Source of the DNA: the human T2T-CHM13v2.0 reference genome, Homo sapiens
Assembly (NCBI RefSeq): GCF_009914755.1
Contig: NC_060925.1
Strand: one strand, 5' to 3'
DNA length: 64,000 nucleotides
Both the position numbers and the translations under genes were made by a program. Below the pieces are notes generated by a model that made no database searches, had not been told where the DNA came from, and saw only the letters and a list, made by a program, of their open reading frames with translations. This document shows positions 40,408 to 57,585 of the stretch, piece after piece (position 1 is the stretch's first letter; each line of letters begins with the position of its first letter).

Positions 40408-42419
40408 ACACACAACTCACTGAGAGATTAGAAAAGCGTTGTCTAGAGAATATGAGAGTTAGTGGATAAACTTGGATGGCTTACAAAGAGTGGTTTTTAT
40501 CAGGATAGTACAGGGCTGGGGTATGGGTCCTGTGTGCTCCATCAGGATATGGCCTGAGCCCACCACTTCCATGCAATCCTCCTCACCTTGAAAAGGTTAA
40601 TGCAATACTGACTAAATTTGCAAATAGCAGAAATCTTGCAAGGAGGGGAGATAAGATGACATATTACAACCCCAGCAGGATATAGATAATACAGGGCATT
40701 GGTTGAACAAATGTGAAATGAGGTTTAATACAAAGCCATGCAAGAAAATATATGCACCTGAGAGAAAATAATGCTCAGCACAGATTCAAATTATGGGGGT
40801 ATTACTCAGGAAGCTGTCGTGCTGAGTGAGACTTGGGAAGGATGGCGGTTAACAAATTGAATAGGAGTTCATAGTGCAATGCGATGTCAAAGAAAGGCAG
40901 TGCTATTTTGAGATGTATGGACAATATAAAGTAATCTTTGAAAATACAAGAGGGGATGCCGTGTAAAATCTCACCTTGAACTCCCTGGTGCCCTGACTTT
41001 AACAAAGACACAGTTAGATGGGAGATTTAGCAAAGATAGTCGTTTGAATGCTATTCAACATGGTGCATGGGTCTTATTAGGAAAAGCAGAATTGTCTTCT
41101 CATGCCAGGTAAACACATTTATAAAAAAGTTTTCTCATGATAAGGTCCTCCTGTCATTGTATTTTCTTTAAGGCCTTTTTGACTTTCAGTAAGGGGAAGA
41201 TAACAATTTAGGCAGGAAAAAAGACAGAAGTAAGAAAACATCCGTATCAATTAGTTTAGGAAGCAGAAAAATCAGAATATAATTAAGATAGAATAAAATT
41301 AGAATACATATTCAGCAATATGTATTGGGATTAAATTCCTGCCTGCTAAAATCTTTGACTCTAACAAGAGTTGACAAAATAATCATACAAGAGTAAACTT
41401 GGCAAGAACAATATTAGTTTACAAAGAATATATGCTATAAAGTTTCAAAAGGAGAGATCTTGTCCTGCGAGCCAGTTGGGGAATTTTTCAAAGAGCTCTC
41501 TCATTCATACTCTTGATCAGTAATGTGGGAGTGGGCAGACGGTTGAATAGGGAGGAACTGGAGCCCAAGAGGCTGGTGAAGGGGATAGATGATAGGCACC
41601 TAAGCCGGCTGGTGGGAGTATTGGGAATGGAAAAAAACAGAAGGATACAAGAATTTGTATGAAGGAAAAATAGCAATACTCAGGAAGATGGCTTTGGAAT
41701 CAAACATAATGGATTTTAATCTGGACTCTAGTACTTAGTAGATCTTTACATGTAATTTATTTAATCTCTCTGAGCCTAAGTTTTTTTATCAATTGAATTC
41801 TAAGAACTACTTTGCAAGATTACTATGAATTAGAAATAATATGTCAGAAGCACTTAGAAGTTAAAATCTGTAGTAAGTTCATGAAAAATGTTTATGATTT
41901 TAGTGACTGATTAGTTGCTGAGGGCATAGGAAAAAAAAACATGAGGTTTTATTCCTGGAAAGGATTTTGGTACTATTTTTAGAAATGCATAAAACAGGAG
42001 GAGGAGTTATTTGCTTGGCAAAGTGCTAGAACTGGGTTTTACCTAAGTTGAATTTAAAGAGATGATAGAACACCCTGGCTGTTAACTTTGCCAGAAATTT
42101 CCTCTTCAGGTGTTTTATGCACACTCCTGAATACAGTGAAAGCCCAGTCTCTAAAGCTGTACAGTTTTGTAAAAATTATGAACCCAGTTTTCAACACCTA
42201 GAGAGAGAAATAGAAATGGGTTAGCATTTCTGTGGAACAGATTTTTGAACATTTTGATGGGCCCAGGTCAAACTGAAAAAGAACTCAGGGCTAAGAATGC
42301 TCAGATCATTCAATTACATGTATTATTTTTGAAGAACCTAAGTATCTAGCTAAAGTATAGGAATTGTTTGTGCCCAGTTTCTAATTCAGACAAATAATTG
42401 GCAATTAAAAAATCTTTCT

Positions 42420-43000
42420 TCTTTTATTAAAACAATAATTTACATAATTATGGGGTACATGTGAGTGTTTGTTACATGCATAGAATATGTAATGATCAAG
42501 TCAGGGTATTTGGGTATCCATCACCTTGAGTATCTATCATTTCTATGTGTTGGTATCATTTCAAGTCCTGTCTTCTAGTTATTTTGAAATATACAAAATA
42601 TTGTTGCTAAGTATAGTCACCCTAATCTGCTATCAAACATTGGAACCTATTTCTTATATCTAATTGTATTTTTGTACCCATTAATCAACTTCTCTTTATA
42701 TGTCCCCTGCCCGCACCCACACTTCTCAGTCTCTGATATCTATCAATCTATTTTCTATGTCCAATTCATGAGATCGAGTGTTTTAGTTTCCATATATGAG
42801 TGAGAATATGCAGTATTTGTCTTTCTTTTCCTGGCTTATCTTACTTAACATAATGACCTCCAGTTCCATCCATGTTGCTGGAAATGACATAATTTCATTC
42901 TTCTTTATGGCTGAATGGTATTCCATTTTATATATTATATATATGTATATATATATGTGCGTGTATACATGTGTGTGTATATATATATATAATTACATTG

Positions 43001-43034
<34 letters not shown>

Positions 43035-43310
43035 ACATTTTCTTTTTTCCATTCATCTGTTGATGGACACTTGGGTTAATTCCATATCTTTACTATTGTG
43101 TATAGTGCTGTGATAAACATGAGAGTGGTGTTAGCATATAGTTGTTCCTAATAATCTCTGATGATTTTTGTATTTCTGTGGTATCAGTTGTAATGTTTCC
43201 TTTTTCATTTGTGATTGTGTTTATTTGGGTCTTCTCTCTTTTCTCTTTTCTTGATTAGTCTAGCTAGAAGTTTAGCAGTTATGTTTATCTTTTTAAAGAA
43301 CCAACTTTTC
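42420..43310 (-). mobile_element. Old L1MA-type LINE-1, 3' end plus a short ORF2 piece (left part of an interrupted element)
   Basis: 3' UTR 'tgtaatgatcaagtcagggtatttgggtatccatcaccttgagta'; internal (TA)n/(CA)n at ~42930-43032; jumps to N-terminal ORF2 sequence at ~43130. Confidence 0.85.
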
Positions 43311-43527
43311 TTTTTTTATTATTATACTTTAAGTTTTAGGGTACATGTGCACAATGTGCAGGTTAGTTACATATGTGTATACATGTGCCTTGCTGGTGCG
43401 CTGCACCCACTAACTCATCATCTAGCATTAGGTATATCTCCCAATACTATCCGTCCCCACTCCCCCCACCCCACAACAGTCCCCAGATTGTGATGTTCCC
43501 CTTCCTGTGTCCATGTGTTCTCATTGT

Positions 43528-47376
<3,849 letters not shown>

Positions 47377-47424
47377 TTATTTTGCTCGTTAGTTGATGCA
47401 GTTTCTTCCTAGTCTCGATGGTCT

Positions 47425-48438
47425 TTACATTTTGGCATGATTTTGCAGTGGCTGGTACCAGTTGTTCCTTTCCATGTTTAGTGCTTCCTTCAGGAACTCT
47501 TTTAGGGCAGGCCTGGTGGTGACAAAATCTCTCAGCATTTGCTTGTCTGTAAAGGATTTTATTTCTCCTTCACTTATGAAACTTAGTTTGGCTGGATATG
47601 AAATTCTGGGTTGAACATTCTTTTCTATAAAAATGTTGAATATTGGCCCCCACTCTCTTCTGGCTTGTAGAGTTTCTGCCGAGAGATCCGCTGTTAGTCT
47701 GATGGGCTTCCCTTTGTGGGTAACCTGACCTTTCTCTCTGGCTGCCCTTAGCATTTTTTCCTTCATTTCAACTTTGGTGAATCTGACAATTATGTGTCTT
47801 GGAGTTGCTCTTCTCGAGGAGTATCTTTGTGGTGTTCTCTGTATTTCCTGAATCTGAATGTTGGCGTGCCTTGCTAGATTGGGGAAGTTCTCCTAGATAA
47901 TATCCTGCAGAGTGTTTTCCAACTTGGTTCCATTCTCCCCATCACTTTCAGGTACACCAATCAGACGTAGATTTGGTCTTTTCACATAGTCCCATATTTC
48001 TTGGAGGCTTTGTTCATCTCTTTTTATTCTTTTTTCTCTAAACTTCCCTACTCGCTTCATTTCATTCATTTCATCTTCCATCGCCGATACCCTTTCTTCC
48101 AGTTGATCACATCGGCTCCTGAGGCTTCTGCATTCTTCATGTAGTTCTCGTGCCTTGGCTTTCAGCTCCGTCAGCTCCTTTAAGCACTTCTCTGTATTGG
48201 TTATTCTAGTTATACATTCGTCTAAATTTTTTTCAAAGTTTTTAACTTCTTTGCCTTTGGTTTGAATTTCCTCCTGTAGCTCGTAGTTTGATCGTCTGAA
48301 GCCTTCTTCTATCAACTCGTCAAAGTCATTCTCCGTCCAGCTTTGTTCCATTGCTGGTGAGGAACTGCGATCCTTTGGGGGAGGAGAGGTGCTCTGCTTT
48401 TTAGAGTTTCCAGTTTTTCAGCTCTGTTTTTTCCCCAT
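47425..48438 (-). pseudogene. L1 ORF1p, disrupted
   Basis: ATG at 48438; fragments 47893-48351 and 47425-47766 (..YQPLQNHAKM) with an internal stop. Confidence 0.93.
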
Positions 48439-49490
48439 CTTTGTGGTTTTATCTACTTTTGGTCTTTGATGATGGTGATGTACAGATGGGTTTTTGGTGT
48501 GGATGTCCTTTCTGTTTGTTAGTTTTCCTTCTAACAGACAGGACCCTCAGCTGCAGGTCTGTTGGAGTTTGCTAGAGGTCCACTCCAGACCCTATTTTCC
48601 TGGGTATCATCAGCGGTGTCTGCAGAACAGTGGTTTTTTGTGAACCGCGAATGCTGCTGTCTGATCGTTCCTCTGGAAGTTTTGTCTGAGAGGAGTACCC
48701 GGCCATGTGAGGTGTCAGTCTGCCCCTACTGGGGGGTGCCTCCCAGTTAGGCTGCTCAGGGGTCAGGGGTCAGGGACCCACTTGAGGAGGCAGTCTGCCT
48801 GTTCTCAGATCTCCAGCTGCATGCTGGGAGAACCACTGCTCTCTTCAAAGCTGTCAGACAGGGACATGTAAGTCTGCAGAGGTTACTGCTGTCTTTTTGT
48901 TTGTCTGTGCCCTGCCCCCAGAGGTGGAGCCTACAGAGTCAGGCAGGCCTCCTTGAGCTGTGGTGGGCTCCACCCAGTTGGAGCTTTCTGGCTGCTTTGT
49001 TTACCTAAGCAAGCCTGGGCAATGGTGGGCGCCCCTCCCCCAGCCTCGCTGCTGCCTTGCAGTTTGATCTCAGACTGCTGTGCTAGCAATCAGTGAGACT
49101 CTGTGGGCATAGGACCCTCTGAGCCAGGTGCAGGGTATAATCTCCTGGTGGGCCGTTTTTTAAGCGCGTCGGAAAAGCGCAGTATTTGGGTGGGAGTGAC
49201 CCGATTTTCCAGGTGCCGTGTGTCACCCCTTTCTTTGACTAGGAAAGGGAACTCCCTGACCCCTTGCGCTTCCCGAGTGAGGCAATGCCTTGCCCTGCTT
49301 CGGCTCACGCACGGTGCGCTGCACCCACTGACCTGCGCCCGCTGTCTGGCACTCCCTAGTGAGATGAACCTGGTACCTCAGATGGAAATGCAGAAATCAC
49401 CTGTCTTCTGCGTCGCTCACGCTGGGAGCTGTAGACCGGAGCTGTTCCTATTTGGCCATCTTGGCTCCTCTGCCCAAGAACCAACTTTTC

Positions 49491-52400
49491 ATTTTGTTAG
49501 TCCTTTGCATTTTTACCTTAGACTATATTTTGTTTAGTTCTGCTTTATTATTTTGTTTCTTCTGCTAATTTTGGGTTTGGTTTGTTCTTGCTTTTTTAGT
49601 TCCTTTATGTACATTGTGAAATTTTAGCTTTGAAATCTTTCTGTGTTGTTGATGTAGGTGCTTATTGTTATAAAATTCCATCTTAGCACTGCTTTAGCTG
49701 TATTCCACAGGTTTTCTTATATTGTTTTTGTTTTCATTTTTTTCAAGAATTTTTTTTTATTTCTGTCTTAATTTCATTGACCCAGTGGTTGTTCAGGAGC
49801 ATGTTATTTGGTTTCCATATATTTGTATAATTTCCAAAGTTCCTCTTGGTATTGATTTCTAGTTTTGTTCCATTGCAGTCTAAGAAGATACTCGATATGA
49901 TTTTGGTTTTTAAGAATTTGTTGAGATTTGTTTTGTGGCCTAACTTGTAGTCTATCCTGGAGAATGTTCCATGTGCTGATAAGAAAAGTGTGTTCTGCAG
50001 TTGTTGGATAAAATGTTCTTTAAATATCTGTTAGGTCCATTTGGTCTAAAGTCCAACATTAAATCTAATGTTTCTTTGTTGATTTTCTGTCTAGCTGATC
50101 TCTTTAATGCTGAAAGTGAGGTATTGAAGTCCCCCACTATTATTGTATGGAGTCTACATCTCTCTTTATATCTGATAATATCTGCTTTATTAATCTGGGT
50201 GAGTCCATATGTATTTAATCTCATTATATCCTCTTGCTGGACTGATCCCTTTATCATTATTTAATAACCTTCTTTTTTGCCCCTGTTTTTGACTTAAAGT
50301 CTGTCTTATCTGATATAAGTATAGATATTCCTGCTTGATTTTGGTTTCCATTTGTGTGGAATATCTATTTTCCATCCCTTTCAATCAGTATGTGTTTTTA
50401 TGGGTAAAGTGTGTTTCTAGTAGGCAGCATATAGTTGGATAATGATTTTTTATCCTTTCAGCCAGTCTATGTATTTTTAGTGATAAATTTAATCTGTTTA
50501 TGTTCAAAGTTATTATTGATATGTGAGGTTTTGTCATTTTATTATTGTTAATTGTTTTCTGGTTGTTGTGTATATTCTTTGTTCTTTTCCATTTCTCTTA
50601 TTGTTTGTCCTTGTGGTTTAGTAGTTTTCTGTAGTGGTACCATTTGAATCACTTCTCTTCTTCATTAATGTGTTTGCTTTAACAGTGAGTTTTATACTTT
50701 TGTGTGCTTTCATGATGGTAACAATTATCCTTTTGCTTCCAGGTTCAGGAGTCCCTTGAGCATTTCTTGTAGGACCAGTCTGGTGGTGATGAATTCCCAT
50801 AGCATTTGCTTGTCTGGGAAAGACTTTATTTTTTCCTTCAATTTATAAATTAGTCTTTATAAGGCTAATTTTGCTGGATATAGTAATATAGTATCCTTGG
50901 TGGTGACAACTTTTTTCTTTCAGCACTTTAAATATATAATCCCATTCTCTCCTGGCCTATAAGGTTCTTCTTGAGAAGTCCACTGTTGGTCTGATGGCAA
51001 TTCCTTTATAGGTGACTAGATGGTTTTCTCTTCCTGTTTTTAGAATTCTCTCTTTATCTTTGACTTTAGACAGTATGATGTGTACACATAGTACTATAAT
51101 GTGCTATGGAGAAAACCCTTTTTGCATTGTATTTGTTTGGGAATCACTGGGCCTCCAATATCTGGATGACTTAATCTTTTACTAGACTTCAAACTTTTCA
51201 TCTATTATTTTGTTAAATGGGTTTTCAAACTCTTTTGTTCTCTCTTTGTCTTCTGAAATACTGATAATTCATGTATTTGATCACTTTATGGTATCTCAAA
51301 TATCACAAAATCTTTGTTCATTCTTTTTTCTCTGTTTTTGTCTGACTAGATTATTTCAAGAGACCTGTCTTCAAGTTCTGAGGTTCTTTCTTCTGTTTTA
51401 TCTAGTCTATTGTTGAAGTTTCCAAATATATTTTGTAGTTTATTCAATAAATTCCTCACTTCCAGAATTTCTATTTGGTTTGTTTTCATAATATCTGTTA
51501 CTTTGGTAAGTCTCTCATTCATGTCATTAATTATTTTTCTGATTTCTTTGTATTGTTCTTTCAGAATTGTGTTGGATTTCACTGAGCTTCTTTAAAATCA
51601 ATATTTTTTTTTCTGGGATTTTGTGAATTTCTTTTGGATTAGGATCTGTTGCTAGGGAATTATTGCGTTCCTTTGGAGTTGTCATATTTCCTTGCGTGTT
51701 CAAGTTTTCTGTTTCCTTACATTGATATCTGCACATCAGGTGTGATAGTCACTTCTTCCAATTTTTTAACTTTACTTTTGTAAGAGAGTATTTTTTCCTA
51801 AAGGTGTATCTATGATGTTGGTTGAGCAGGGGCCTACTTTGGCTTTGATTCTGGGTGTATTCAGTAGTGTAGTTTCTGTATGGTTTTTCATCTGCAAACA
51901 GCATCAGTGGAATCTGTAATTTCCTCAGTGGCTTAGAATGCAGTTATTAGTAGAGGCTGTAATGAAGTTTTTCTGGTGACAGGGATGCCAGGTAGATAAG
52001 TCTTCAGGCCTCACTGGTGGCAGGGGTAAGCTGACTTTCCTCGTGCCTCTCCTTGGACCCCAGGGTGGCATATGCTGACACTGGTGTTAGTGGGTTCAGA
52101 TAGGTCATTTCTTGGGGCCTCCAGGTGGCTTTCTCAGATGGCACTAGTGGCAGCAGTGGGCTGGGCAGGTAGGTTTTTAGGCTCCTGGGCAGCTGGTGTG
52201 GCATGGGCAATGGCAATAGCAGTGGCAGGACCCTCTGGTTCCTGAGCAGTGTGTGCTGGTGTTAGTGGTGGCTGTGACGGGCTGGGAAGCCAGTCTCCAG
52301 ACTCCTAGGTGGTACATGTGGGTGGGTATGAGTGGTGTTGGTAGCAGGCTAGGTGGACTCATCTTCAGGTTCCCAGTGGTGAATGCACAGATGTCAGAGG

Positions 52401-53946
52401 TGGTAGAATGGATGGAGTGATGCCCAGATCCTTGGGCAGCATTCTCAGGCTTTCAAGGGTAGTATCAGTCCAGGTGGGTCTGACCTCAGGCCCCTGGTCA
52501 TAGGCAGTGGCATAGGCTGTAGTAAACAGAATGGGCAGTCTGTGGAGGTGGGTGTGGAGAACTTGACCTCAGGACTTGTGCTAAAGCATAGCAGTCCTGC
52601 TGTTGATGTAGGTAGGGTTGCTATCAACAGTCCCCTGCAGGCAGCTCTCAAGTCTCTGGGGAGTTCACACTTTGCCTCTGGCAGCAGTAGCAGCTGCCTT
52701 GGTATGCCTGGGGAGCCTATATTTGTGATGGCACTGGAGCACAGAGGCCATGCTCCTGGAGTGGGTGAGGTTGGCTATCGCAGCCCCAGATGGTAGCTCT
52801 CAGGTTGTGAGTTGTGCTTGCTTTGGCCCCTGGTAGCTGTGGTGTGCAGAGACAGGGAGGGATCTTGCCCACTGTGCATGGGCCAGGCACAGAGACCATG
52901 CAGCCAGTGGGGATGTGGTTGCCACACACAGCCCCAGACACACTGCCCTCAGGCTCACCCACCCCTACTCTTGGTGGCAGCAACAGTAGCTGCAGCAGTG
53001 TGCAGAATGGGGAAGAAATCTTGCTCTATGACAAGTCTGAGCATAGAGATCACTCCCCCAGTGGAGGCAGGGTTGCTACTCCCAGACCAGACAGTCTACT
53101 CTCAGGCTTGCCTACCTCAGCTCCTCGTGGGAGCAACTGCTGTGCAATGTGTGGAAAAATGGAAGGGGTTCCAGTCTCTGATAATTGGCCTGAGCATAGA
53201 GTCTGTGCTGCTGCTGGGGGCGTGGCCACTTCTCACAGCCCCAGACATGGAGCTCTCAAGCTCTGGAAAGTGCATGCCTTGATTTCTGTTGTACCAGGTG
53301 CCACCTCCTTGGTATGTTGCACCATCTTTTCACTTGGGAGTAGTATCCCATGTTGCCTAGAGTACTATGGACCCCCAGCACCTTTGGGTCGAGCCAGCTC
53401 TGTGCCACTGTAGGCATTGGTATGAACACTGGGGAATGTCAGTGGGGGCTCCTGGGATGTAGCTATATGGAGGCTGTGGTTCCCAGGGAAGGATGATGTC
53501 CCATGATGGCTGGGCTCTCACAACAATGCCATGCTGTAGCTGCTTAGGTCTCATGGTTGTGTATGATCCAGCACTGCTCCCTGTTTAGTGCAGTGCCCTC
53601 CAGAGTGTTCAGATCACTGCCCACACTAGTCTCAGGGCTCATGTGGGTAGAGGAGCTCTCCTATAGCTAGGATTGCAGCAGTTCATTGTGGAGATGTGGA
53701 CTGCTTAGAGTCTCTCACTTACCCTTTCCCTGCAAGAGGGAGTCCCTTGGGCTCCCAGTTGATCTCGGCTGACCTGGCTGCTCACTTCCTTCTCTTTCTG
53801 TGACTCAGATGTTTACTGTGACTTCTCTGTTGAACTCCAGTGTTCTCTCCGAGATGTTCTATTTGACGAGTGATTATTTATTCACAATTTTGGTTCTTCT
53901 TTGGAGTGGGCGCGTGTCTGATGTCTCTATTCAGCCATCTTGAAGC
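49491..53946 (-). mobile_element. Continuation of the old L1MA-type element (ORF2 N-terminus, ORF1, long GC-rich 5' UTR)
   Basis: Degenerate EN peptides (IKGSVQQEDI.., TIIVGDFNTSLS), ORF1-like coiled coil at 51346-51736, 5' terminus 'cagccatcttgaagc'; contiguous with 43130-43310 across the TSD. Confidence 0.85.
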
Positions 53947-54465
53947 TATGCCCCAGTAATATTTTTTATGAAAATCAAGAGTATATGTGATGGGGAAGTT
54001 TTCATATGGGGGTATCCAGATAAATAAATAAGTAAAACACTAAATTAAAAATAATCTAAAAAGAGGATGTGGCCAGCATATCTACCTTGGGTCTGTGACA
54101 CCTTGCTTTAAGGCTTATCTTGTTTTTACCTTTTATGTCAGTAGAGTGTTATTAGTTATTCCATTGCCCATAGCCACAAAACAAAATATGATTATCTGAT
54201 TAAAAGAGTCACTGATGATGCTTCTTTGCACATGTATCTATTCTGTTTTGTCTTCATTCAGAGGTATTTTTATTTCAGTCATTCAAACAATAATTACTTT
54301 TAAACTTATAATATATTAAAATTAAAAATGCAAGTAACAGCATAATGGGTGAAGTGTCTAATTTTACTGATGAAAACTTGCTAATAAAGAAGAGGAAGTT
54401 AATATTAATGTTTACAATCACCTTTCTAATTACCCACATTTATTCTTACACTTTAATATTCTAGA

Positions 54466-54765
54466 GCAAGGGTCAGCAAACTTTTTCTATAAAGGAGGAG
54501 GTAGTTAGTATTTTAGATTTCATGGGCCAACAGGTAAAATCTAGGATATTATGCAGGTATATATATAAAAGAGAAAAAACAAATGTACACAAATATTTGA
54601 AGTACTGTAATAATAATAATTGAATATTATTAACTAACATAACTCAGTTAATATATTAATAATTGAATACTTTTTTTGGAATAAAGGTCTATGACTGAGA
54701 AGAATAGGATTCTTTCTGGGGGAACATTTCACTTAATTGTGGTTCAGTTAGTGTTCCGTCATCAT
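54466..54765. mobile_element. hAT-Charlie DNA transposon fragment (MER58/Cheshire-like)
   Basis: 'caagggtcagcaaactttttctataaagg...tattttagatttcatgggccaa...ggatattatgcaggta'. Confidence 0.65.
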
Positions 54766-54934
54766 GGTAGAAATGTGGCCTCATTCCCCTACAAAGCCTT
54801 CCTGTACTTCTCTGAAACAGAGTGATTTTTTTCAGGGGTTGGGGGAAACACAGCAGAATGTATTGCCTGAGCCCCTCTTTTGGCACTTATGCACTACCCT
54901 GATAGTGTTAGATTTTTTTTCAATATGAGGAGAC

Positions 54935-55125
54935 AGGTTAAGAGCACAGGCTCTGGGGTAAGACTTCATGGTATGAGTTCTAGCAGAACTGAAATTCATT
55001 AGCCATGTGATCTTTGACTACTTACTTCGATTTGCTTATCTATAAAATGAATAAGAGTATCTACTTCACACAGTTGTTGTAAAGATTAAATGAATGGGTA
55101 AATGCCAAGATTTAGAAGAGTGCAA
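54935..55125. mobile_element. MIR fragment
   Basis: 'ggttaagagcacaggctctgg...tagccatgtgatcttt...tctataaaatga...gttgttgtaaagattaaatga'. Similar MIR relics lie near 6850, 10210, 11100, 15650, 26450, 27550, 35030, 41690, 55680, 57100 and 57460. Confidence 0.75.
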
Positions 55126-55329
55126 AGTATATTTTTTTAATCCAAGGAAAATGTTATTTTTCCTTGGATTAAAAAAAGAACTATGTAAAAATGTAAAAAT
55201 ATCCATAGCTCATGGGTTGTACTAAAGGAGGCAGTGGCTGGATTTGGATCATGAACTATATTTTCCTGAAATTTTCATCTTCCCTTAAATTACCATTATC
55301 TTTGTATTGGAATCAAAATGTAAAAGCCA

Positions 55330-55632
55330 GTCCGGGCCTAGTGGTTCATGCCTGTAATCCCAGCACTTTGGGAGGGCAAGGTGGGTGGATCATCTGAAGT
55401 CAGGAGTTCAAGACCAGCTGGCCAACATGGTGAAACCCCCTCTCTACTAAAAATACAAAAAAATTAGCCAGTGTGGTGGCACATGCCTGTGGTCCCAGCT
55501 ACTTGGGAGACTGAGGCAGTAGAAATGCTTGAGCCTGGGAGGAGGAGAGGTTGCAATGGGCCAAGATCATGCCACTGCACTCTAGCCTGGGCAACAGAGC
55601 TAGACTCTGTTAAAAAAAAAAAAAAAAAAAAA
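55330..55632 (+). mobile_element. Alu (AluSx/Sz-like)
   Basis: Forward Alu with an A tail; TSD aaaa[t/a]gtaa[a/g]agcca. Confidence 0.95.
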
Positions 55633-56030
55633 GTAAGAGCCAGAATGAAGCTTGAGCTATCTCTGCCCTGTCAAAACTATCTCATTCATTATACAGATTA
55701 AAAAACTGAGACCCAATGAGGAACTGACTTTCCCTCATCACTTAGTTAATTAGTGACAGGTCCTGTATTGGAACTCGAGTTTCTGAGACTTCCTACAGTT
55801 ACAAGCCAAAGGACTGAGATGATGCTTGGACAGCATGGCAGGAGTTGACCTGAGTTAGAATTGGTGAGTTCAGACATTTAGGTCTTAGCGATCACTTAAA
55901 AGGAGATCCAGTATTCTGGCTTCCTGCCTGAGTCATAGCAGTTGTGAGAGTTTAGGAATTACTCCTACAGGAAGGCAGTATTTGCAATATGTAACTCTTT
56001 CTGTTCTAGGATCCAAACTCTCATAGGTTC

Positions 56031-56368
56031 TGTATTAGGTTGCTAAGGCTGTCTAAACAAACAACCACGGACCAGATAGCTTACACAATAAAAATTTATT
56101 TCCTCACAACTCTAGAGGCTAGAAGTCAGAGATCAAGATGTCAGGAGGATTGGTTTCTTTTGGGCCTCTTTCCTTGGAAGACAGCCATCTTCCTTCTGTA
56201 TATGTTTGTGTCCTAATCTCTAAGTACACTAGTCATTTTGGATTAGGTCCCATCTTAATGATCTCATTTTAGCTGAATTACCCCATCTCCAAATAGTCAC
56301 ATTCTGAAGTCATGTGGGTTAGGATTTCAACATGTGAATTTTAGGGGAACATAATTCAGCTCATAACA
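56031..56368 (-). mobile_element. MLT1B/C-like MaLR solo LTR
   Basis: tgtattag...aatttatttcctcacaactctagaggctagaagtc...tctccaaatagtcacattctga...aattcagctcataaca. Confidence 0.8.
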
Positions 56369-57310
56369 GGATACAAATGCTAATACTTAAGTATCTTGTA
56401 CCTACCTAATTCTGTTACACACTGAGCACAGGAGAGTATATTGGGAAGAAATGTATGGCAAGTAGCTTTATATAATCTTTCCCCTTTCAGTGTTAGAGAT
56501 AAGATGGGATTTCATGAGCAAGTCTCCCAGATATTCCATGGGTCTTAATTTTCTCACCCATAAAACAAAAATCCTGACCTAACTCACAGAGGCACAGTAG
56601 AAGTGAATAGATGTTTGCCAAGTACCTCAGGGCTCTAGAGGAAAGTAATTCCATCTGCCCAAAGCATTCGGCTATGTATTATAGTTTCAGAATTATATTT
56701 TTAACCAAGTAATATTTCACAGGGATAACATAATCACCTAATGAAGTCCCCTTGAATGTTAATTATAGAGAGGAATTGAAATGTACCAACATGATTTATT
56801 TTGTCTGAAATATCTTTTACTTTTTTATACAATATAATTTAGAGTGTATTTTGCCTTCAGCACTCCATTCAAAGTCATCTTGCTCCTTCACAAACTTTTG
56901 TCCTGCTAGAAATGCATTTACATTAGTGCATGGTATACAGATTTTTATCTTACAGAAATTTGTGAGCACAGTGATTAAAAATCAGGGTAAGAATAACTAT
57001 TTCTAGGAAAAGCATCAAAAGGCAAAATTTTGTCTACATTACTGTATACATCTCTTTTAATAAGAATCTCTTACTTTTGGTAAAGCACATTTACCTTCAT
57101 TTGAAGTAGACTAGGAGGATATCTTATAGATAAGGAGACAGATGTTTAGTAATCTGCCCAAGGTCACAGAGTTTGTAGGTGGTCATGTCAAGACTAACTT
57201 CCAAGTTTGTTTGACTCTATTCTAACACTTTCATTAAAACATATTGCTTCCTCTTTCAGAATCCCTTTCACTGGAAGAACTTTAGTAACCTGAAGTACAA
57301 AGAGTTTTAT

Positions 57311-57585
57311 ATAATGTATGTTGTATGTCTGTAAGTCTTGAAGTACCCCAAAGACTTTCTCCACTCAATGATCCTTACTTTAGTAGTTAATCCTCCTGAT
57401 CGTCTTCTCATATTTTCTTCCTTCATCTAATAATCTGCTTTTCCTGCTTATTAATAAAAGCCAACACTTGAATAGCATTTGATGGTTTACCAAGCATGTT
57501 CATGTAATATTAACATTTAAATTGTGAAGTGGATTTCATTTATGTCCCCATTTTGCAGAACAGAAGCTGATGTTCAGAGAGGTAA
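57311..57585 (+). repeat. 275-bp direct repeat, copy 1 (probable donor)
   Basis: 271/275 identical to 58994-59268 by manual alignment. Confidence 0.97.

Noticed and set aside
52812-53413. 156- and 199-aa ORFs in GC-rich sequence
   Set aside because: Within the 5' UTR of the old L1; GC richness lowers stop-codon frequency
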